64,000 nt of DNA from Chiloscyllium plagiosum. Its lineage: Eukaryota. The notes under the pieces were generated by a model that made no database searches, was not told where the DNA came from, and worked only from the letters and a program-made list of their open reading frames with translations. The stretch covers positions 91,523,319-91,587,318 of the forward strand of contig NC_057720.1 in assembly GCF_004010195.1 (NCBI RefSeq), in the 5' to 3' direction. The translations under genes were made by a program, and so were the position numbers. This document shows positions 11,940 to 22,803 of this stretch, in pieces (the first letter of the stretch is position 1; every line of letters begins with the position of its first letter).

Positions 11940-13295
11940 AGACATGGGCCTTCTTCCCACTGAACCTCCCAATAGAGACTCGTAAACATTGGCATCCTTC
12001 CTGCTGTACTCTTCATAGGAGACCAGTAAACATGGACCTCCTTCTGAATGGATTCTCCAAGAGAGACCAGTAAACATGGACCTCCTTCTGACTGGATCCT
12101 CCAAGAGAGACCAGTAAACATTGGCCTCCTTCCGATGGAGACAAATAGATGACTGAGTTTTTGAAGAAGTGATCAGAAAGATAGATAAAGGTAGAGCAGT
12201 ATATTCCGTCTACACGGACTTTTGCAAGGCCTTAGACAAGGTTCCCCTATGTAGACTGCTGAGTAAGACTGTATCACATAAGATCCAGGGAGAGCTAGCC
12301 AATTGGATATAAAATTGGTCTGATGATAGGAGGCAGAGGCTGGTGAGACAGGGTTGTTCTTCAGACTGGAGGCCAGTGACCAGCCATCTGCCACAAGAAT
12401 CGATTCTGGATCCACTGTTGTTCATCATTTAATTGGTAAGAAATACACAATTAATGGTGGAGCTATGGGGAGTGTTGTTGAACAGAGAGACAGATACACA
12501 GATACATAGATCCTTGGAAGTGGTGTCACAGATAGACAGGATGGTGAAGAAGGTATTCGGCATGCTCACCTTCACTGGTCAAAGCAGGGAGTACAGGAGT
12601 TGGGACATCACGTACAAGGCATTGGTCAGGTCAGATTAGGATACTGTGTACGCTTCTGCTCACCCTGCAATAGGAAGGAAGTTTTTACACTGGTTTGGAT
12701 AAAAATATAGATTAACAGGGATGTTGCCAAGATTGGAGGGTTTGAATTATAAGGCGAGGATGGATAGGCCGAGATGCTTTGCCAGGGAATGCAGGAGATT
12801 GAGGGGTGACCTCATAGAGTTTTACAGAATCATGAATGTCATGGATAACGTGAATTGCCAAAGTCTTTTCCCAATTGTAGTAGAGCCCAGTACTAGAAGG
12901 AATAGGTTGAAGTTGAGTGGGGAAAGAATTAGAAGGGACCTGAGAGGCAACCTTTTCACACAGAGGTTGATGCGTATGTGTAATGAGCTGCCAGAGGAAG
13001 TGGTAGCGGCGAGTACAATTACTACATTTCAAGGACATTTTTACAGGAACATGGATAGGAAGGATTTAGAGGGGATTGGGCCAAACACAGGCAAATGGGA
13101 TTAGTTCAATTTTGGAAACTTGATCAGCATGGATGAGTTGAGCTGAAGGGCCTGATGCCACATTGTAAACCTTTATGACTCTATGATGATGAATGCATGA
13201 GCCACCTTCTCATAGGACCAATAAAGATGGACCTCCTTCCCACTGAGTGCTCCAGAAGAGACCAGTAAACATGGGCCTCCTTCCCACTGGACTGT
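11940..13295 (+). repeat. Minisatellite of about 44 bp (core GAGACCAGTAAACATGGACCTCCTTC) split by a LINE insertion
   Basis: About 4-5 copies at 11940-12135 and 2 copies at 13213-13295. Confidence 0.75.
12140..13190 (+). mobile_element. 5'-truncated CR1-clade LINE
   Basis: RT remnants, RRLRGDLIEFY and RGNLFTQR motifs, 3' tail ...ctctatgatgat. Confidence 0.8.
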
Positions 13296-15307
13296 TCAGT
13301 ACCTGAGCTGCAAACCCCACAGCCTCTCCATCATGTAGGCCTTTGATTTCAATCTCAACAGCATTGTCTGTCTCTGCACTTCCTCAGCCCCTTAACACAG
13401 AAACCCAAATTCCTGCTCGTCCCACCTCCTAACTCGATGATTCCAATGTCCTCTCTCAGCTTCCTGAATCCACACTCCATAAACCTCAACATGTCTGATT
13501 ATGGAGTGGTCCCTTCCCTGTCCTGTGCATATGTCATTCCAAAATAACCCCCGACCTCACTGCCAGCCAATTGCCTCCATGGCCTCCCTCCTCCCTCACT
13601 CTGTGTCCTGCTGCAGACTCACATTCCCTCCCTCCCCCTTCCATCTTCTATCTCTGGTCTCCTGCCCATTGCTGCTTCCTTCATCCCACCATTAACAGCA
13701 GAGCCTTCAGACCCCGAGAGCATGCTCTCTGACCCCCTGCCCCTCTCAATGGTTGTGCTATTGAATATGCTGTTCACTTCCATTGCTTTAGGATCGCTGT
13801 TCACTTGCCATTGTTTTGCTGATTTATTCTAGTAAATCTAGTCTGGCCCATTCCCTGAGTTGGTTCAAGAGTGTTTTCCTTGAGAAAACACTTTTCTGTA
13901 AACTGGGTTGTCTGCTTCTCCCAGTCTTTGTGTAAAGGTGAGACTAAGTGTGTGTAAGCTCTTATACAGCACAGACAGAGGTCACTGGGCCGAATGTGAC
14001 TGTTAGTCAAATTAGTCCAATGAGTCCCATTTACCCAGCCCTTCCTGTATAACCCTGCAATTGTTTCCTTTTCAGCTCTTTCTCCAAATGCCCTTTTGAA
14101 AATTGCTGTTGAATCCACTTCCACTCACCTTGCAGTCATCATGAACTCGCTGGATAAAAATGTTCCATCTTCTCTCTTGTCCTTCAGACCTTTTCTGAAA
14201 TGTGTGCCCTCTGGTTACTGACCCTCCTGCCTGGAGAAACAATTAGTCCTGTATTTACTGCATCCAAACTCTCTAATTGTGAACCCCTCACTGAGTTAGA
14301 CCTATTTCCAGCACAGGGGGAGAACATTCAGCCTGTCAGGTAAATGCTGTCATTTCATGGAGCAATCCAGTCAGTCCCACCCTCTCCCCTGCCCGACCCC
14401 CAGAGCCTTGCAGGTTTATTTCCATCAAGAGCCCATCCAATCTGCCATTGCAATAACTGAGTGTCTTCACCTGCCTCACCTGAATGGGCGCTAATTTCCA
14501 AGTCATTACCAATTGCTGCAAAAAAAAAATCCAAGGTGTTCTCAATGTGAAGATTTTGTCTCCATACGGACTGTGCGGTGGTCACCCTTACTGATACTGT
14601 CATGGACAGATACACCAGCAGCAGGCAGATTGGTGAGGGTGATAGTAAGTATGTCTTTCCCTCTTGTTGGTTCCCTCACCACCTGCCCCAGGACCAGTCT
14701 AGCAGCTGAATCAGGTGGAACTTGACCAGCTTGCTCAGTAGTAATGCTTTTGAGAGGCTGTTGATGGTGGACTTTGAAGTCCCTTACTCAGGGTATATCC
14801 TGCATGCTTCCCACCCTCAGTGCTCCCTCCAAGTATTGTTCAACACGGAGGAGGACTGACTGCTTAGTTGAGGTTGGAGGGGAAGACGGTGCTATGTGGT
14901 AATCAGCAGGAGGTTTCCTTCCCCATGTTTGACCTGCTGTCACGAGGCTTCATGGGTTCCATAGTTAATGGTGAGGATTCCCAGGGCAACTGCCTTCCGA
15001 CTGTACACAACACTGTGTTGCCTCCCCTGCTTGGTCTATCCTGTCAGTTAAAAACTGAATGAGGGAACAAATCTGTGCAGGTTTCACAGCTTGGAGACAG
15101 AGCTGCTGCTGGATTCTGTTTCTGATCTCCAAGTGCAGGCGTGTGTGTCTGTGAGAGAGTGACTGACACTTTTTCCATCACTATGCTGTTTCTGCAAAAA
15201 ATAAATCCCAGAACCAGCCTCCTGTGCTGTCAGATTCCAGGGAGTGCAGATGGTTCACAGTTTTCTCCCGTCTCACTAACAAACTTCCAGCTGCTCTGAG
15301 CTCCTTC

Positions 15308-15319
15308 TTTCACTTCCTC
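15308..15319 (-). promoter_or_regulatory. Candidate Ets-IRF composite element (PU.1/IRF4-8)
   Basis: GAGGAAGTGAAA on the minus strand matches GGAAnnGAAA; E-boxes CAGATG (15247-15252) and CAGCTG (15288-15293) lie nearby in sequence that does not look TE-derived. Confidence 0.4.
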
Positions 15320-16109
15320 TCTTGGTGAAGTTTCAACCTTGCGATCTGACAGTCTTTGCAGTTATTGTTTACACTGGGGCTTTCTGCTGTGGTCAGAATC
15401 TCTAATAATAAGTATCCAATCAGTGACAATCACAGCAGCTAAGAGGAGTCAGTTCTGAGGAGCCAGACTCACTGTGAAACACATTGGGAAGATCAAAGCC
15501 ATCCTCTTCATCTCCCAGTACAAACACTATCCTTCTCCCTGAGCACTGTCTGCTGCTCAAACAGACTCTTTACAACCTTAGACTCATCTTTGAGGCTGAT
15601 CTGAGCTCCACATCTCCATAATAGCCATTAAACATTTCAGCCATGTCTGTGGGACTCCAAACATGACCACTCCAATGTTGTGGCTGACACTCATCACAAC
15701 CACAGCCCTCCCTAACTTTCAGCTCATCCCAATTTCTGTTGCCCATATCCAAGCTTGCACCAAGTCCCATTCCCCCAACCCACTGCACCCCGTGCCTACA
15801 TTGGCTTCTGGTCCAGCAACACCGCGAGTTTCAAATTCTTATCTTTGTTCTCAAATCCCTCCCTGGCCTCCACCCTTCCTATCTCTTTCATCGCCTCCAA
15901 GTCACCTCACTCAGTGTGATCAACCATCTTGGATAATTGGCTCTCGATTCCTTCACCCAAGCCATTGAGAAATATCATGAAATGCTGAGGTCCCTGCACA
16001 AATCCTTGTGGACACCACTATGCATATCTTGCTCATTGGAGAACACACACAGAGAGCACACACCTCTCTGTCTGCTACATCCAAACTAATACCTGACCAA
16101 AGACAAATA

Positions 16110-17150
16110 TTTTTCTTGAATTGGCTTGATGGTAGGAAGCAGAGGGTAATAATGAAAGGATGCTTTTCAGACTGGAGACCTGTGACTTGTTGTTATCGAT
16201 ATCAATAACTTGGATGAGAATCTGCAAGACATGATTAGTAACTTTACAGATGACATTACAATGGGCGGTATTGTGGAAGTTATCAGCTATTGCAACAGGA
16301 CCTTGATCAGCTGGGGAAGTGGGAAGAGAAATGACAAATTAAATTTAATGTAGATAAGTGTGAGGTCTTGCATTTTAGAAAGTTAAAGCAAGATAGGAGT
16401 TTCATGGTGAATGGTAGGGCCTTAAGGACTGTAATGGAACAGAGGGACCTTGGAGTTCACTGAAAGTTGAGACACAGTGAGACAGGGCAGTGAGGAAAGC
16501 TTTTGGCATACTGGCCTTCATCAGTCAGGGCACTGGGTACAGAAGTTGGGAAGTTATGTTACAGTTGTACAGAATATTGGTGAGGCCGCACTTAGAGCAT
16601 TGTGCTCAGTTTTGGTCACCTTGTTATAGGAAGGAGATTATTAAACTGGAAAGAGTACAGGAGAAATTTACAAGGATGTTGTCTATACTCAATGATCTGA
16701 GTTATAGGGAGACGTTTGTCAAGCTGGGAATATTTTCTTCGAGTGTAGGAGATTGAGGGGGGGATCTTACAGAAACGTATAAAATCATGAGAGACATGGA
16801 TAGGGTGAATGCACTCAGTCTTTTTGTCAGGGTTGGGGAATCGAGCACAAGAGGGTATCAGTTTTAGGTTAGAGGGGAAAGAATAAAAGGGAACATGAGG
16901 GGCAATTTGTTTACACAGAGGATGGTACCCATATGGAATGAGCTGCCAGTGGAAGTAATTGAGGTGGGTACATTAACAACATTTAAAAGGCCACTGGACA
17001 AATACATAGACAGGAAAACTTTTGAAGGATATGGGCCAAGTGCAGGGAAATAGGGTTAATGTGGATGGACATTTTGGTCAGCACGGTCCAGTTTGGGCCA
17101 AAGGTCCTGTCTCTGTGCTGTAGGACTCGATGAATCTATGACTCTATAAT
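16110..17150 (+). mobile_element. 5'-truncated CR1-clade LINE
   Basis: WLDGRKQRV and LVRPHLEHCAQFWSP motifs, tail ...ctatgactctat. Confidence 0.8.
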
Positions 17151-17189
17151 TCCATATGTTTCCATGTTTATGAACAGTTTCTCAAACAT

Positions 17190-18450
17190 AGAAACAAAGG
17201 AACTAGGAGCAGGAGGAGGTCATTCAGCCCTTCGAGTTGGCTCTGCCATTCAATATGACCATGGCTGATCATCCAACTTCGTCTCTGTTCCCACTTTCTC
17301 CCCAGAACCTTTAATCCCTTTAGTCCTAAGAACTATACCTATCCTCTTCTTGGTCTCAACTGCTTTCTGTGACAGAACATTCCACTAGCTTCCCACTCTC
17401 TGGCAAAAGAAATGTCTCCTCCTCTCAGTCTGAAATGGCCTTTCCCTTTTCTTTAAACTGTAATTCCTGGTTCTGGATTCCCCAGTCATTAGGAACATCC
17501 TTCCTGTGTTTTTCTGATCTTGTCCTGTTAGGATTTTACAGCTTTCAATGTGATTCCTCTCAATCTTCTGACCTCCAGTGAATATAGTCCTAACCAATCC
17601 AGTTTCTCATCAGATCTCAGTGCTGTCATCCAGGAATCAGTCTGGTAAACCTTCATTGCCCTCCCTCCACAGCCAAAACATCATTTCTCAGATAATGAGT
17701 CCAAAACTGCACGCAATAAAATCATAAAATCACACAGTACAGAAGAGGCCCTTCAATCCATAATCTGTGTACCAGCCAAACTACACTAAACCTATACCAG
17801 TCCCACGTTCCAATATGAGGCCCATAGCTTGAATGCAATGACATTTCAACTGGTCAACCAAGTACTTTTTAAAGTTTGTGAGATTTCCCACCTCAACTAC
17901 CCTCCCAGGCTGTGTATTCCAGACCACCCCATCCTCCCTCTGGGTTTAAAACATTTTCATCAAATCATTTTGAAACCTCCTTTCTTTCACATTGAATGTG
18001 AGCCAACTTGTTATTGACCCTCCCACGAAGGAGAACAGCAGCTTTCTATCTACCCTGTCCATTCCCCTCATAATCTTATACACCTCTATCAGGTCCCCCC
18101 TCCACCTTCACTGCTCTGAAGAAAACAACCTGAGCTGATCCAATTTCTCTTCATCACCGAAAGGTTCCATCCCACGCAACATCCTGGTGATTCCCCTCTG
18201 CACCCCGTCCAGTGCAATCACATCCTTCCTACAGTGTGGTGACCTGAACTGCACACAGTACTCCAGCTGTGGTCTAACCAATGTTCTGCTTAACTGCAGC
18301 ATATCCCCCTGCTTTTATAACCAATACCTGAAATGACAAAGGCAAGTGTCCCACATGCCTCCATAACTGCTCTGTTAATCTGTCTTCCCACATTCAGGGA
18401 TCAGTGGACAAGCACCCCAAGATCACTCTGTCCCTTCGAGTTTCCTCACT
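17190..18450 (-). mobile_element. Two CR1-clade 3' fragments
   Basis: RRHFFCQRV and LVRPQLEYCVQFRSP on the minus strand. Confidence 0.7.
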
Positions 18451-18454
18451 TCAA

Positions 18455-21400
18455 AGAACAAAGAACAAAGAAAACTACAGCACAGACTCAGACCCTTCGG
18501 CCCTCCAAGCCTGCGCCGATCCAGATCCTCTACCTAAACTGGCCATCAATTTTCCAAGGATCTGTATCCCTTTACTCCTTGCCCATTCATGTATCTGTCT
18601 GGATACATCTTTAGTGGTGCGATCGTGCCTGCCTCTACCACCTCCACTGGCAACATGTTCCAGGCACCAACTACCCTCTGCATAAAGAACTTTTCACGCA
18701 TTTCTCCCTTAAACTTTTTAAAGAACTTTTCACGCATTTCTCCCTTAAACTTTTCCCCTCTCACCTTGAACTCATGACCCCTAATAATTGAGTCCCCTCT
18801 CTGGGAAAAAGCTTCTTGCTATCCACTGTCTGTCTCTCTCTCTCTCTCATGATTTTGTAGATCTCAAGCAGATCCCCCCTCAATCTTTGACTTTCTCATG
18901 AAAATAATCCTAATCTACTCAATCTCTCTTCATAGCTCGTGCCCTCCATACAAGGAAATCCTGGTCAATCTCCTCTACACCCTCTCCAAAGCATCTATAT
19001 TCTTCTGGTAACATGGCGACCAGAACTGTACACAGTATTCCAAATGTGGCCAAACCAAAGTCCGATACAATTCTAACATGACCTGCCAACTCTTGTACTC
19101 AGTACCCTACCCGATGAAGGAAAGCATGCCATACACCTTCTTGACCACTCTATCGACTTGTGTTGCCACATTCAGGTTACAATGAACCTGAACACCCAGA
19201 TCTCTCTGTACATCAATTTTCCCCAGGGCTTTCCATTCACTGTATAGTTCACTCTAGAATTGGATCTTCCAAAATTCATCAACTCGCATTTGCACGGATT
19301 GAACTCCATCTGTCCCATTCTCTGCCCAACTCTCCAATCTATCTATTTTCTGCTGTATTCTCTGATGGTCCCCTTCACTATCTGAAACTCCACTAATCTT
19401 AGTGTCATCTGCAAACTTGCCAATCAGACCACCTATACCTTCCTCCAGATAATTTATGTACATCACAAACAACATGGATCCCTGTGGAACACCACTGGTC
19501 ACAGTTCTCCATTTTGAGAAACTCCCTTCCACTACTACTCTCTGTCTCCTGTTGCCCAGCCTATTCTCTATCCATCTGGCTAGTACACTCTGGACCCCAT
19601 GCGACGTTCATTTCTCCATCAGGCTATCATGGGGAACTTTGTGAAACAGCTTACTGAAGTCCATGTATATGACAATGACAGCCCTTCCCTCATCAATCAA
19701 CTTTGTCATTTCTTCAAAGAATTCTATTAAGTTGGTAAGACATGAAATTCCTTGCACAAAATCATGCTGCCTATCACTGATAAGCCCATTTTCTTCCAAA
19801 TGTAAATAGATCCAATCCCTCAGTATCTTCTCCAGCATCTTCCCTACCACTGATGTCAGGCTCCCCTGTTCATAATTACCTGGATTATCCTGGCTCCCTT
19901 TCTTAAACAAGGGGACAACATTAGCAATTCTCCAGTCGCCTGGGATCTCCCCCATGTTCAAGGCAGCTACAAAGATATCTGTTAAGGCCCCAGCTGTTTT
20001 CTCTCTCGCTTCCCTCAGTAATCTGGGATAGATCCCATCCAGACCTGTGGGCTTGTCCACCTTAATGCCTTTTCGAATACCCAACACTTCCTCCCTCCTT
20101 ATGCCGACTTGACCTAGAGTAATCAAACATCTATCCCTAACCTCAACATCCATCTTTTCCCTCTCCTTGGTGAATACCGACACAAAGTAATCATTAAGAA
20201 TCTCACCCATTTTCTCTGACTCCATGCCTAACTTTCCTCCTTTATCCTTGAGTGGGCCAACCCTTTCTCTAGTCACCTTCTTGCTCCTTATATATGAATA
20301 AAAGGTTTTGGGATTTTCCTTAACCCTGTTTGCTAATGAGCTTTCATGACCCCTTTTAGCCCTTTTAATTCCTCTTTTCAGATTGGTCCTATTTCCCAAT
20401 ATTCTGCCAAAGCCTCATCTGTTTTCAGCCACCTAGACCTTATGTATGCAACTTTTTTCCTCTTAGCTAGTATCACAATTTCACCTGTCATCCAGGATTC
20501 CCTAATCTTACCATTTTCATCCCTCATTTTCACAGGGACATGTCTGTCCTGCACTTTAATCAACCTCTCTTTAAAACCCTCCCACATTTCAAATGTGGAT
20601 TTACCTTCAAACTTCTGCTCCCAATGTACATTCCCATCATCTGCTGAATTTTGCTATAGTTGGTCTTCCCCCAATTTAGCACTCTTCCTTTAGGACCACT
20701 CTCTTCTTTGTCCATGAGCATTCTAAAACTTATGGAATTGTGATCACTATTCCCAAAGCAATCCCCGACTGAGGTTTCAACCACCTGTCCGGGCTCATTG
20801 CCCAGCACCAAGTCCAATATGACCCCTTCCTGAGATGGACTATTTACATACTGCTCTATAAAACCTGCCTGGATGCTCTGTACAAGTTCTGCTCCAACTA
20901 AACCTCTAACTCTCAGTGAATCCCAGTCAATCACCACCACATTGTTGCTCCTACATCTTTTCATAATCTGTTTCCATATTTGCACCTCAATCCCACGCTC
21001 ACTGTTGGGAGGCCTATTGTACAGCCCCAACATTGTTACCACATCCTTCCTATTTCTGCGCTCTGCCCATATTGCCTCACTGCTTGAGTCCTCCATAGTG
21101 CCCTCCTTCAGCACAGCTGTGATATCCTCTCTGACCTGTAATGTAACTCTTCCACCCCATTTTACCCCTGTCTCTATCCAACCTGAAGCATCTGTATCCT
21201 GGAATAATTAGTTGCTGAGCTTGCCCTTCCCTCAACCAACTCTTAGAAATAGCAATAACATCATACTCCCAGGTACTAATCCAAGCCCTGAATTCCTGAC
21301 TTACCTATTACATTTCTCACATTAACACAAATGCACCTCAGGCTACCTGTCACTTTGCATTCTTCAACTGCCCCCTGCCTATTCTTCCCCTTAGTCACGG

Positions 21401-21775
21401 TGACTTCATTATCTAGTTCCTTACAGGCTTTAGTTACTGCCTCCTTAGTGTCCACAAACCTCCTCATTTTGCTCCCATCCCCCTGCCATATTTGTTTCAA
21501 CCCTCTCCAAGAGCATGAGAAATAGCACCTCCTAGGACATTGGCTCCAGTCCTGCCCAGTGTAGACCGTCCGATTTGTAATAGTCCCACTTCCCCAGAAC
21601 CAGTTCCAATGTCCCAAAAATCTGAAACTCTCCCCATTGCACCATCTCTCAAGCCATTCATTCATTCTGTCTATTCTTTCATTTCTACGCTGACTAGCAC
21701 GTGGCACTGGTAGCAATCCTGAGATTACTACCTCTGAGGCCCTACTTTTTAACTTGACTCCGAACTCCCTAAATT
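18455..21775 (-). mobile_element. Long decayed CR1-clade LINE (ORF1 esterase end, APE endonuclease, RT, 3' tail) running into the gap
   Basis: ORFs 21276-21716, 20560-21114 (GLYNRPPNS, LDLVLGNEPGQV, SDHN), 19608-20399 and 19254-19532 (GVPQGS, KFADD). Confidence 0.88.
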
Positions 21776-22803
21776 NNNNNNNNNNNNNNNNNNNNNNNNN
21801 NNNNNNNNNNNNNNNNNNNNNNNNNNNNNNNNNNNNNNNNNNNNNNNNNNNNNNNNNNNNNNNNNNNNNNNNNNNNNNNNNNNNNNNNNNNNNNNNNNNN
21901 NNNNNNNNNNNNNNNNNNNNNNNNNNNNNNNNNNNNNNNNNNNNNNNNNNNNNNNNNNNNNNNNNNNNNNNNNNNNNNNNNNNNNNNNNNNNNNNNNNNN
22001 NNNNNNNNNNNNNNNNNNNNNNNNNNNNNNNNNNNNNNNNNNNNNNNNNNNNNNNNNNNNNNNNNNNNNNNNNNNNNNNNNNNNNNNNNNNNNNNNNNNN
22101 NNNNNNNNNNNNNNNNNNNNNNNNNNNNNNNNNNNNNNNNNNNNNNNNNNNNNNNNNNNNNNNNNNNNNNNNNNNNNNNNNNNNNNNNNNNNNNNNNNNN
22201 NNNNNNNNNNNNNNNNNNNNNNNNNNNNNNNNNNNNNNNNNNNNNNNNNNNNNNNNNNNNNNNNNNNNNNNNNNNCTGGCTCCCTGTCCCAGTCNNNNNN
22301 NNNNNNNNNNNNNNNNNNNNNNNNNNNNNNNNNNNNNNNNNNNNNNNNNNNNNNNNNNNNNNNNNNNNNNNNNNNNNNNNNNNNNNNNNNNNNNNNNNNN
22401 NNNNNNNNNNNNNNNNNNNNNNNNNNNNNNNNNNNNNNNNNNNNNNNNNNNNNNNNNNNNNNNNNNNNNNNNNNNNNNNNNNNNNNNNNNNNNNNNNNNN
22501 NNNNNNNNNNNNNNNNNNNNNNNNNNNNNNNNNNNNNNNNNNNNNNNNNNNNNNNNNNNNNNNNNNNNNNNNNNNNNNNNNNNNNNNNNNNNNNNNNNNN
22601 NNNNNNNNNNNNNNNNNNNNNNNNNNNNNNNNNNNNNNNNNNNNNNNNNNNNNNNNNNNNNNNNNNNNNNNNNNNNNNNNNNNNNNNNNNNNNNNNNNNN
22701 NNNNNNNNNNNNNNNNNNNNNNNNNNNNNNNNNNNNNNNNNNNNNNNNNNNNNNNNNNNNNNNNNNNNNNNNNNNNNNNNNNNNNNNNNNNNNNNNNNNN
22801 NNN
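21776..22803. other. Assembly gap with a 19-bp island (other gaps at 59214-59292 and 60849-61348)
   Basis: N runs of 500 and 509 nt flank CTGGCTCCCTGTCCCAGTC. Confidence 0.99.
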
